From assembly GCA_049699855.1 (NCBI GenBank), contig JBNAWM010000045.1, forward strand, positions 1-11,808: a stretch of 11,808 bases of DNA, written 5' to 3'. The position numbers were made by a program, and so were the translations under genes. The notes beneath the pieces are model-generated. The model was not told where the DNA came from, made no database searches, and saw only the letters and a list, made by a program, of their open reading frames with translations. The DNA comes from Candidatus Cryosericum sp. (GTDB lineage Bacteria; Caldisericota; Caldisericia; Cryosericales; Cryosericaceae). Positions 1-7,728 of this stretch are shown one piece after another; positions within the stretch are counted from its first letter, which is position 1; each line of letters begins with the position of its first letter.

Positions 1-498
1 ATGGCCGCCTATGCTACATGGTTTCTCCTGTACAAGACGACCATCGGCTACGAGATCCGCGCCATCGGCTACACTGCCAACATCGGCATGGAGGCTCCTC
101 GCGCGCAGGGCATCAATATCAACCGCCGGGTCATGCAGCTCATGTTCTTCTCTGGAGCTCTCGCAGCGCTCGGTGGCACTTTCTTCATTCTGGGCATGCA
201 ATATCAGTTCCCCAACACCGCCATCATGGGGTATGGCTGGACCGGTATCACTGTGGCATTGATAGGACAGGCCGAGCCGATGGGTGTCGTGCTGGCCGGG
301 CTCTTCATTGGAGCGTTGCGTACCGGTGCTACCTCCATTCAGGTAGCCAACATCCCCAAGACATTCTCCGACATCATCGAGGGTATGGCGGTGGGCTTCA
401 TCGCAATGCAGGTTGCCGTGCGGTACTACCTGGTCAAGATCCTCCAGCACCGCCGCAAGCGCACAACCTCGCCGACAGATCAGGAGGCTGCAGCATGA
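1..498 (+). CDS. ABC transporter permease (nucleoside/simple-sugar, BPD_transp_2-like); C-terminal part, probably truncated by the window edge
   Basis: Hydrophobic ORF with the family motifs 'KTTIGYEIRAIG', 'SGALAALGG', 'GYGWTGITVALIG' and 'P.GVVLAGLFIGAL'. At 165 aa it is shorter than a full permease. Its stop overlaps the next ATG (ATGA, 495-498). Confidence 0.85.
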   Translation: MAAYATWFLLYKTTIGYEIRAIGYTANIGMEAPRAQGININRRVMQLMFFSGALAALGGTFFILGMQYQFPNTAIMGYGWTGITVALIGQAEPMGVVLAGLFIGALRTGATSIQVANIPKTFSDIIEGMAVGFIAMQVAVRYYLVKILQHRRKRTTSPTDQEAAA

Positions 499-1442
499 AC
501 ATGACACAGATCAACCTCACGATTGCGCAGATGCTCGATTATACGACGCCGATCCTGTTTGCTGCATTGTGCGGCGTCCTCAGCGAGAACTCCGGAGTCG
601 TCAATATCGGTCTGGACGGCATCATGCGCTTTGGCGCGTTCTTTGGCCTTCTAGGCGCTTACTTCTCTCATTCTCCCTGGATCGGTTTGCTGCTAGGTAT
701 TGCGGTTGGATGTCTTGTTGGTGCATTGCACGCATTCATTACCATTCGGTGGAATGGCGACCAGACCGTCTCGGGCGTGGCAATAAACGTCATTGCCCTT
801 GGTCTGGTGACGTATCTGCTGGAATACGTCTTCAGCACGACAGGCTACTCGCCCCAGCTTCAGAACTACTTTGGAGCACAGGCCTACCGTGTTCATCTGC
901 CCTTCCTGGCAAACATACCATTGCTGGGCGCATTTTCTAATCTTTCTGTTATGATCTGGCTTGCCTTTGTCATGACAATCGCCCTTCACGTACTCCTCTA
1001 TCATACGGTCCTCGGCTTGCGCATCCGTACCTGCGGTGAGAACCCCAAGGCGGCGACGACGCTGGGCATAAACGTCTTTCGCGTCCGCTGGTTTGCCGTC
1101 ATCGCGGGAGCAGCACTGGCTGGCATCGGCGGAGCAGCGCTGTCCACAAGTTCGTTTTCGGGATTCAGCGACTCCATGCCCAACGGCGTCGGGTTCATCG
1201 GCCTGGCTGCCATGATCTTTGGCAAGTGGACACCGTTTGGTGCGATGGGGGCCGCTCTGCTGTTCGGAACCGGCCAGATCGCGCAGTCGATTATTGCCGT
1301 GACGGGCATTGCTCCAAAGCTTGCCCCCGGTCTGACCCTGATCCTGCCCTACGTGCTGACGCTGGCCGTTCTCGCTGGTTTCGTAGGAAGATCTGTCGCC
1401 CCGGCGGCAGATGGTCTGCCGTACTACAAGGAGCAGCGCTAG
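495..1442 (+). CDS. ABC transporter permease (nucleoside/simple-sugar type), second subunit
   Basis: The real start is likely ATG 495 (AGGAGG at 482-487, ATGA overlap), not 18. Motifs: 'TPILFAALCGVLSENSGVVNIGLDG', 'DQTVSGVAIN', 'GLRIRTCGENPKAATTLGINV', 'GFIGLAAMIFGKWTP', 'LPYVLTL', 'APAADG.PY'. Confidence 0.9.
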   Translation: MNMTQINLTIAQMLDYTTPILFAALCGVLSENSGVVNIGLDGIMRFGAFFGLLGAYFSHSPWIGLLLGIAVGCLVGALHAFITIRWNGDQTVSGVAINVIALGLVTYLLEYVFSTTGYSPQLQNYFGAQAYRVHLPFLANIPLLGAFSNLSVMIWLAFVMTIALHVLLYHTVLGLRIRTCGENPKAATTLGINVFRVRWFAVIAGAALAGIGGAALSTSSFSGFSDSMPNGVGFIGLAAMIFGKWTPFGAMGAALLFGTGQIAQSIIAVTGIAPKLAPGLTLILPYVLTLAVLAGFVGRSVAPAADGLPYYKEQR

Positions 1443-1456
1443 CAAACCGTTCGTCG

Positions 1457-1491
1457 GGCCGCCAGGGGACGTCGTCCTCGGGCGGCCTTTT
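1457..1491 (+). terminator. GC-rich hairpin followed by TTTT; candidate intrinsic terminator or attenuator between the permease and ahcY
   Basis: GGCCGCC (1457-1463) pairs with GGCGGCC (1481-1487). The inner stem is GGGGAC/GTCCTC, and TTTT follows at 1488-1491. Confidence 0.55.
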
Positions 1492-1513
1492 CATAACCCT
1501 CTGGAGGTGCATC

Positions 1514-2728
1514 ATGAACAGTCAATCAGGCGAGCAGAAGATGCAGTGGGCCATCCGTCACATGCCTATCCTTTCAGCCATTGCGGATCGCTTTGAGAAA
1601 GAGCAGCCCTTTGCCGGGCTTCACGTCGTCATCGCCTTGCACCTGGAGGCCAAGACGGCTAATCTGGCGTACGTCATGCTGAGGGGCGGGGCTCATGTCG
1701 CGCTCACAGCGTCGAACCCCATCACAACACAGGATGATGTTGCAGCAGCTCTTTCTGAGCGTGGCGTCGTCGTGTTCGCCAAGCGCGGCGAGACTCCGGC
1801 CGAATACCGCGAGTATTTCAACAAGGTTCTGGCCACTCGGCCAAATCTATTGATCGACGACGGCGGCGACCTCGTGAATGCTGTTCATTTCGATCATCCT
1901 GAGCTCCTCCCCGACATTGTAGGCGCATGCGAGGAGACCACGACCGGAATCATTCGCGACCGGGCTCTGGCACGCGCCGGCAAGCTGTCGTTCCCCGTTA
2001 TCGGCGTCAATGAGGGTCAGTGCAAACACCTGTTTGACAATCGATTTGGCACGGGACAGTCCGCCTGGGACGGGATCCTGCGGACAACAAACATGAATAT
2101 CGCCGGCAAGGCGGTGGTCGTTGCCGGATACGGATGGGTGGGAAAAGGAGTAGCGCTCCGCGCACGGGGTCTTGGCGCACAAGTCATTGTGACGGAAGTC
2201 GACCCTGTCAAGGCGGTTGAAGCCCACATGGACGGCTATCAGGTCATGCCAATGTCGGATGCAGCAAAGGCCGGCGAGATCTTCGTCACCTGCACCGGTG
2301 ATACAAAGGTCATCACCAGAGAGCATTTCGAATTGATGAAAGATGGCGCTATCCTCTGCAATGCAGGTCACTTTGACATCGAGGTGGACGTTCAGCATCT
2401 GCAGAACAGGGACCCGGGCCACCACGAGGTGCGGCACAACATCGAGGAGTACGCCTACAACGGCAAGCGTCTTTATGTCCTTGGCGAAGGCCGACTGGTC
2501 AATCTAGCATGCGCCGATGGTCATCCTATTGAGATCATGGACCTCACGTTTGCACTGCAGGCACTTTCTGCTGAGTACCTGGTCAAGCACCAGGCGTCGC
2601 TTCCCAAAGAGCTCATCACGGTACCCGAGGCCATCGACGAGATGGCATCCAGGGCATTCCTCGCATCCCGCGGCTTGACGATCGACTCGCTGACCGAAGA
2701 GCAGAAATCCTATCTGGACTCGTACTAG
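1514..2728 (+). CDS. ahcY: Adenosylhomocysteinase (SAH/SIH hydrolase), short archaeal/Thermotoga-like type
   Basis: Start ATG 1514 after GGAGG. Motifs: 'HLEAKTA', 'SNPITTQDDVAAAL', 'IDDGGDL', 'EETTTG', 'KHLFDNRFGTGQS', NAD-binding 'VAGYGWVGKG', 'NAGHFDIE' and 'GRLVNLACADGHP'. Confidence 0.95.
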   Translation: MNSQSGEQKMQWAIRHMPILSAIADRFEKEQPFAGLHVVIALHLEAKTANLAYVMLRGGAHVALTASNPITTQDDVAAALSERGVVVFAKRGETPAEYREYFNKVLATRPNLLIDDGGDLVNAVHFDHPELLPDIVGACEETTTGIIRDRALARAGKLSFPVIGVNEGQCKHLFDNRFGTGQSAWDGILRTTNMNIAGKAVVVAGYGWVGKGVALRARGLGAQVIVTEVDPVKAVEAHMDGYQVMPMSDAAKAGEIFVTCTGDTKVITREHFELMKDGAILCNAGHFDIEVDVQHLQNRDPGHHEVRHNIEEYAYNGKRLYVLGEGRLVNLACADGHPIEIMDLTFALQALSAEYLVKHQASLPKELITVPEAIDEMASRAFLASRGLTIDSLTEEQKSYLDSY

Positions 2729-2746
2729 TATTCAGACAGAACTCGT

Positions 2747-2807
2747 CAGCAGATGAAACCAGAGGACGGATGTTTGCATCCGGCCTCTGTTCACAGCACT
2801 TCTGCTG
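2747..2807. terminator. Stem-loop between convergent ahcY and GGDEF genes; probable bidirectional terminator
   Basis: Inner hairpin CAGAGG-a-CGGATG-tttg-CATCCG-g-CCTCTG (2760-2789), with outer complementary arms CAGCAGA (2747-2753) and TCTGCTG (2801-2807). Confidence 0.6.
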
Positions 2808-2813
2808 TCAGTT

Positions 2814-3737
2814 TCAGCCCAGAGCGTACCAGTTGCCCCCATCCCGCTTCACCCGGTACAATGCTTCGTCAGCCCGGGCGATAATGTCCTCGGCTGACTT
2901 GTCCTTGTAATCCACCATCGATCCACCCACGGATATTGACACCTGGATAGACTGCTTCGGATTTTCCGGTGAAGAGAGAACTGAGTGATGGACCATCTCA
3001 ACAATGCGTTCGCTGAGCTTTTCGATGCCCTCGAGCTCAACAAGCGGACAGACGATAATGAACTCATCACCCCCAAACCGTGCCAGGCAGTCCACTGAGC
3101 GCACCGACCCCCGCAGGACCGAAGCCACGAGCTTGAGTGCCTCATCTCCTGCAAGATGGCCAAACGTGTCGTTGACACTCTTGAAATGGTCGACGTCAAT
3201 CATGACCAGCCCGAATCTCTGAAAGTGTCTCTTGAACAGCCCATACTGCTGTTCAAGAATTGTATCGACGTAGCGGCGGTTGTAGATACCCGTCAACGGG
3301 TCCATGATCGAAGAATCGGCAAGTTCCTTCAGCTGTTCTGCCAGAGTACTGCCGGCCACTGACTGGAGTTCTCCAAAAATCTCGACGCCATAGCGCTCAC
3401 TGCCGATGACCAGAACCGAGGCCTTCACGTACACAGCAAGGCGTTGTCCGTCCTTCTTCTTCAGAAAGAGCTCCTTTGCTTCCTGACGCTCGCCCGTTTC
3501 CATGCACTTCTGCAGGGGACATCCATCGAAGCAGAGGTTCTTTCCCAGCACATCCATATGCACCAGGATGTTGTCATAGCAGTGTTTGTTCAGGACCTCG
3601 TCAGCGGAGTACCCCGTGATCCGCTCCGCTCCTTTGTTCCAGAAGACGATCTTGCGCTCGGCAGTCGTCACATACACCCCGTCCGAAACGGCATCCAGGA
3701 TACCACGCAGGCTCTCTTCAATAACGCTTTCCCTCAT
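2814..3737 (-). CDS. PAS-sensor diguanylate cyclase (PAS-GGDEF)
   Basis: Start ATG at 3737, with GGGAGGAG upstream on the minus strand. PAS motif 'ILDAVSDGVYV...WNKGAERITGYSADEV'. Cyclase motifs 'DPLTGIYNRR', 'DVDHFKSVNDTFGHLAGD', I-site RSVD and an intact GGDEF. Confidence 0.93.
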   Translation of the reverse strand: MRESVIEESLRGILDAVSDGVYVTTAERKIVFWNKGAERITGYSADEVLNKHCYDNILVHMDVLGKNLCFDGCPLQKCMETGERQEAKELFLKKKDGQRLAVYVKASVLVIGSERYGVEIFGELQSVAGSTLAEQLKELADSSIMDPLTGIYNRRYVDTILEQQYGLFKRHFQRFGLVMIDVDHFKSVNDTFGHLAGDEALKLVASVLRGSVRSVDCLARFGGDEFIIVCPLVELEGIEKLSERIVEMVHHSVLSSPENPKQSIQVSISVGGSMVDYKDKSAEDIIARADEALYRVKRDGGNWYALG

Positions 3738-3771
3738 TCTCTCCTCCCTCGTCCGTCCCGGCGGCGGGACC

Positions 3772-4527
3772 TCAAACGATTGTAACAACGACAGGTGTGT
3801 GGTCTGACGGCTTTTCCCAGCTTCTGGGGGTCACATCCACGACACAGTCCGCTACATCTCTTGCCAGCGGCTCCGAAGCCCATGCATAGTCGATACGCAT
3901 GCCCATGTGCCGCTTGAACATGTTCATACGGTAATCCCACCAGGTGAACTGCTGTTCGCTGTGAAACTTGCGAAACAGGTCTACGAACGACCATGCGCGC
4001 AGTTCCTCCAGAGCGTCCCGCTCCTCCTGCATAAAACCGATGGCATCCTGCATTTCCTCCGGCGCCCACACGTCCTGGGGCTCCCTTGCCACATTAAAGT
4101 CTCCCACAAGCAGCAGACGACCATCGCGTGGGTAGGTCTGGTCCAGATAGGCACGGAATTCGTGCAGGAAAGCAAGTTTGTGCGCGAACGCTTCGTCCCC
4201 GCGCTCGCCACCATGAGGAAAGTATCCGTCGATCAACGTCAGGTCTCCCACCTTTGCACTCAACACTCTGCTTGGATCTCGACCAGCCCACCCCTTGATG
4301 ACATCAGAGAGGGGCACTCTGGACACAATCGCAACGCCATTATAGGTCTTCTGACCTGACATGGCTACCTCATAGCCGAGTGCCTGAAAGTCCGACACAG
4401 GAAACGATTCATCAAGGGTCTTGGTCTCCTGCATCGCAAGCACATCAACACTCGACTCCTGCAGCCATCTCAGGACAACCGGCAGGCGAGCACGAACAGA
4501 GTTCACGTTCCAGGTTGCTATCTTCAT
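3772..4527 (-). CDS. xth: Exodeoxyribonuclease III / AP endonuclease
   Basis: Motifs 'MKIATWNVNSVRAR', 'MQETK', 'GQKTYNGVAI', 'YFPHG', 'GDFNVA', 'FTWWDYR', 'RIDY' and 'SDHTPV'. GGGAGGGG RBS. Confidence 0.95.
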   Translation of the reverse strand: MKIATWNVNSVRARLPVVLRWLQESSVDVLAMQETKTLDESFPVSDFQALGYEVAMSGQKTYNGVAIVSRVPLSDVIKGWAGRDPSRVLSAKVGDLTLIDGYFPHGGERGDEAFAHKLAFLHEFRAYLDQTYPRDGRLLLVGDFNVAREPQDVWAPEEMQDAIGFMQEERDALEELRAWSFVDLFRKFHSEQQFTWWDYRMNMFKRHMGMRIDYAWASEPLARDVADCVVDVTPRSWEKPSDHTPVVVTIV

Positions 4528-4530
4528 GGT

Positions 4531-5139
4531 TCACCCCTCCCGATTATTGTAGGCAGATTCCCCCCTAGCACTATGCCGGCCCCCGCGGCCAACCCGCGCC
4601 ATCGCCGATACCAACCGATCCCTGTCCCAAAGCTCGACTCCAGATCTGGCAGCCAGCTCCCGGGCCGACTCCGTGAAACCGCTGTTCGTGACCACAATAC
4701 CTCGCGCGGCACTCCAGTAGCGCACGGCCCCCAGCACCTCCTGAACAGCACTGATGCCGACCGTGCCGGTGTACCTCTTCGCCTGCACGACGATGCGCTT
4801 GCCGCGACGCGATGTGAGCAGCAGATCTGCTCCAAAATCATGACTCATCCCCACGTGCTGGACCCGGTAGCCCAGATGGGTGAACAGCGTGGCCAGGTAT
4901 CCCTCAAACTCTTCTCCATCCATGCCATCAATTGTCTGCAGTGTTGCACCATGGAAAATGCGTTCTCTGTGCAGTCTCAGAACCAGGCCGACCGTGAGAA
5001 TGAGCAGAAGGAGTCCCCCCATTGCCGCCAGAACTGGAAAGAACGGCACCAGCGCCTGCCACCCCAAGGAAAACACTCTTGAAGCCCAGTTGCCAACGGT
5101 CGCTGTCAGTGCATTGACAGCGTTGTGAACGTCAGGCAA
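4531..5139 (-). CDS. Mrr-family (Mrr_cat, PD-(D/E)xK) restriction endonuclease domain with an N-terminal transmembrane segment
   Basis: Catalytic region 'EEFEGYLATLFTHLGY...DFGADL...VQAKRY...VGISAVQEV...IVVTNSGFT.SARELA...VELWDR'. Hydrophobic stretch 'LAAMGGLLLLILTVGLVL'. The start codon (TTG 5139) is uncertain. Confidence 0.85.
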   Translation of the reverse strand: MPDVHNAVNALTATVGNWASRVFSLGWQALVPFFPVLAAMGGLLLLILTVGLVLRLHRERIFHGATLQTIDGMDGEEFEGYLATLFTHLGYRVQHVGMSHDFGADLLLTSRRGKRIVVQAKRYTGTVGISAVQEVLGAVRYWSAARGIVVTNSGFTESARELAARSGVELWDRDRLVSAMARVGRGGRHSARGESAYNNREG

Positions 5140-5920
5140 GCAGGGCCTCGATCTCTTCTCTCCTGCTCATGGTGGCATCGTATCCGCGCACCACGTATTC
5201 GTGAACATCAGAAGGATTGCATCCTTTGAGTTCGGGCCGAATGACCAGATCCGCCTTCTCCAGCTCCGGTTGTGCGATGTTGTTGAGCATGAGATTCAGC
5301 GATCGCTCCAGCAGTTTCGGAACGTTCAGGCTTGGCTTGTAGACCTCGCCTTGCAGTGGATCGTATAAAGACACCGCGATTGTTTTTGTGGCACCGCGTT
5401 TGCGCAACTCGGTCACCGGCACCGGCAGTGACATTCCTCCATCCAGCAGGTACTGATCGCCAAATTTCACGACGGGAAAAATGCCTGGAAGACAGAAACT
5501 TCCAGACAAGGGACCCCAGATGTCGCCTGAATCGAATATGGTCGCTCTTCCCGTTTCCAGATCAGTCGCAGCAATGCATACGGATTTTGCAAGAGCCTCG
5601 AACATGGTCACGGGAAGTTCTCTCTTGAGAGCGGCACGGAGCCGCCATGGTGTCGTCAGATGGCCCACTGGAATGAGAGACGACAGAACAGCGGCCACCT
5701 GAGCACTATATTTGTCCGCCAGTGCTTCCAGGGCATTCGCATCGAAGCCGGCTCCCGTGAATACCGCTACGATTGCGCCCATGGACGCACCCGAAAATAG
5801 ATCAACGTCCACCTTCAGATACTCCAGCGCCTGCAATACACCAATATGGGCATAGCCAAGAACTCCGCCCGAGCTGAGAGCGAGGCCCAGTCTGCGGACA
5901 TTCGCCGTATGACTCATCAT
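5132..5920 (-). CDS. Patatin-like phospholipase (RssA/NTE type)
   Basis: Glycine-rich 'LALSSGGVLGYAHIGVL', nucleophile elbow GASMG and catalytic 'LLDGG'. GAGGAGG RBS. The start may be 5920 or 5917. Confidence 0.9.
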   Translation of the reverse strand: MMSHTANVRRLGLALSSGGVLGYAHIGVLQALEYLKVDVDLFSGASMGAIVAVFTGAGFDANALEALADKYSAQVAAVLSSLIPVGHLTTPWRLRAALKRELPVTMFEALAKSVCIAATDLETGRATIFDSGDIWGPLSGSFCLPGIFPVVKFGDQYLLDGGMSLPVPVTELRKRGATKTIAVSLYDPLQGEVYKPSLNVPKLLERSLNLMLNNIAQPELEKADLVIRPELKGCNPSDVHEYVVRGYDATMSRREEIEALLA

Positions 5921-5948
5921 TCCTCCTCAAATCTGTGCTGTGACGTTC

Positions 5949-5977
5949 AGTATAGGGTGATTGCTCTGCCCGGACAA
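5949..5977 (-). promoter_or_regulatory. Sigma70-type promoter for the patatin-mrr-xth-GGDEF run
   Basis: The minus strand reads TTGTCC-17 bp-TATACT, about 30 bp upstream of the patatin start. Confidence 0.6.
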
Positions 5978-6001
5978 CACCGCGCAGGCTTCATACTCAA
6001 C

Positions 6002-6028
6002 TTGACAGCGCCACGCTGCCCTTATACT
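6002..6028 (+). promoter_or_regulatory. Sigma70-type promoter for sdaAB-sdaAA
   Basis: TTGACA (6002-6007) - 15 bp - TATACT (6023-6028), then a GGGAGG RBS. The spacer is shorter than the canonical 17 bp. Confidence 0.5.
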
Positions 6029-6052
6029 TGAAATGATATTGGGAGGAAATGC

Positions 6053-6742
6053 ATGTCCATTTTTGACGTCATGGGGCCGATCATGATTGGCCCTTCCAGC
6101 TCTCATACTGCCGGTGCTGCCAAGATCGGCTATCTGGCTCACCGCATCTATGGAAAGCCTGTTACAAGCGTTCATATCACCCTGTACAATTCATTTGCCA
6201 AGACTGGACCGGGGCATGGCACTGACAAGGCAATTCTGGGCGGCATTCTTGGATTGCGGGTCGATGATCCTCGGATCAAGAAGAGCTTTGAGATCGCAGC
6301 CCGGGCCAGGATAAAGGTCTCGTTCAGTCAGGAGGTCGATCCTGAGAAGCATCCAAATTGCGCATCGGTCACCTTCAGTGGTCCAGGCAGCCCTCGCTTC
6401 GTGGTCGAAGGGATCTCGGTTGGAGGGGGCGCTGTCAAGATCGTCGGCATCAACGGCGCTCGTGTCGACTTCTCGGGCAAGCACAACCTGTTGTTCGTCA
6501 CTTATCGCGATGCACCCGGCATGATGGCGGTGCTTGGAGATGCCCTTGGCGCCAATAGCATCAACGTGGCCTATGCACAGATTTCTCGTGACAAGAACAC
6601 AGGAGAGGCAATGGCGATCATGAAACTTGACCAGCCCTGTCCGGAGAGCCTTGTCCAATACTTCCGATCTCGCGCAGACATTGCAGGTGTCGTGACAATC
6701 AGCAAGCTGGGAAACGAATATGAGCGAACCGAAGAAGACTGA
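6053..6742 (+). CDS. sdaAB: L-serine dehydratase, Fe-S dependent, beta subunit (with C-terminal ACT domain)
   Basis: Motifs 'SIFDVMGPIMIGPSSSHTAGA', 'SFAKTG.GHGTDKA', 'HPN' and 'GISVGGG'. ACT-like tail 'YRDAPGMM...LG...INVA'. Confidence 0.95.
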   Translation: MSIFDVMGPIMIGPSSSHTAGAAKIGYLAHRIYGKPVTSVHITLYNSFAKTGPGHGTDKAILGGILGLRVDDPRIKKSFEIAARARIKVSFSQEVDPEKHPNCASVTFSGPGSPRFVVEGISVGGGAVKIVGINGARVDFSGKHNLLFVTYRDAPGMMAVLGDALGANSINVAYAQISRDKNTGEAMAIMKLDQPCPESLVQYFRSRADIAGVVTISKLGNEYERTEED

Positions 6743-7667
6743 GCGTATCGAGGATGTGAAACGCATCCACATCCGGGGGCTGTCAGACGCCCGCCGGCTG
6801 ATGACCGAATATGAGATCCCGACGTTGGCATCCTTCTTTGCCATCTATGAGGCCACAAACCAGGAGTTGTCCGAATCAGATGTGCTTGTACGCATGCGGG
6901 CGGTCCTTGATTCCATGAGAGGAGCCTTGCGGGAAGGACTCCAGCATCCCAACCGAACTCCCTCCGGCATGATCGATGGGGGAGCCTCCCGAATGACTTC
7001 TTTTCTGGAGGGTGGTGGATCCCTGCTCGGCACGCAGTTCAGCCTGGTCATCCGAAACACCCTTGCCGCAGCAGAAAACAATGCCTGCATGGGGCGCATC
7101 GTGGCAGCCCCCACCGCTGGTGCAAGCGGGGTTCTCCCTGGCGCATATCTGACGATCGCCGACCAGCGCGCAGTTTCAGACGAGCGCATCCTCCAGGGCC
7201 TCTTCGTGGCTGGAGGTATCGGTGAGTGCATTGCCATCCAGGCATCTCTGTCTGGATCCCAACACGGTTGTCAGGCTGAAAACGGATCGGCCAGTGCCAT
7301 GACCGCCGCGGCCCTCACCTCACTGTTCTCCGACGATCAAGATGCAATCGAGAGCGCAGCCGCCTTTGCACTGAAGGACGTTCTCGGACTGGTCTGCGAT
7401 CCAGTTGCGGGGCTGGTCGAGGTCCCGTGCGTCAAGCGCAATGTCATGGCTGCCGTCAACGCGGTTGCCAGTGCAGAAATGGCGCTCGCTGGGATCAGGA
7501 CTGTCATTCCTTTTGATGAAGTCGTTCAGGCGATGGACCGGATTGGTCGGGAAATGTCAACCTCACTGAAAGAGACTTCCCTCGGGGGGCTGGCTGCGAC
7601 GCCAACGGCAATCCGCATAGCAGCCTCGTTCAAGAACGCGGCGACCAAGCATCACGGAAAAGTGTGA
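6720..7667 (+). CDS. sdaAA: L-serine dehydratase, Fe-S dependent, alpha subunit
   Basis: Motifs 'ENNACMGRIVAAPTAGASGVLP', 'GCQAENGSA', 'LGLVCDPVAGLVEVPCVKRN', 'IPFDEV' and 'LKETSLGGLAATPT'. The exact start is uncertain (23-nt overlap with sdaAB). Confidence 0.95.
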   Translation: MSEPKKTERIEDVKRIHIRGLSDARRLMTEYEIPTLASFFAIYEATNQELSESDVLVRMRAVLDSMRGALREGLQHPNRTPSGMIDGGASRMTSFLEGGGSLLGTQFSLVIRNTLAAAENNACMGRIVAAPTAGASGVLPGAYLTIADQRAVSDERILQGLFVAGGIGECIAIQASLSGSQHGCQAENGSASAMTAAALTSLFSDDQDAIESAAAFALKDVLGLVCDPVAGLVEVPCVKRNVMAAVNAVASAEMALAGIRTVIPFDEVVQAMDRIGREMSTSLKETSLGGLAATPTAIRIAASFKNAATKHHGKV

Positions 7668-7673
7668 AGCCTC

Positions 7674-7688
7674 TTGTACCAGGTACAA
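7674..7688. promoter_or_regulatory. Perfect palindrome TTGTACC-A-GGTACAA; candidate operator upstream of the EamA gene
   Basis: 7-bp arms with a 1-bp centre, too tight to form an RNA hairpin. It overlaps a possible -35 (TTGTAC, 16 bp before CACAAT). Confidence 0.4.
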
Positions 7689-7728
7689 AGACTTTCACAA
7701 TGTTCCTGATTCGAAAGGAGCAAGAGTT

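Noticed and set aside
18..494. N-terminal extensions of ORFs 18..1442, 1226..2728 and 2814..3788
   Set aside because: They overlap neighbouring real genes, have no family motifs, and good RBS-linked starts exist at 495, 1514 and 3737.
1428..1513. SAH riboswitch upstream of ahcY (GAGCAGCGCTAGCAAAC...GCCAGG loosely resembles the motif)
   Set aside because: The conserved GAGGAGCG and CCAGGCUC elements are mismatched, there is no downstream CGCUC pseudoknot strand, and the 5' part lies in the permease coding sequence. An Rfam scan would settle it.
4546..4574. Internal promoter for xth at the end of the mrr gene (TACAAT on the minus strand)
   Set aside because: There is no convincing -35 or extended -10 at the proper spacing.
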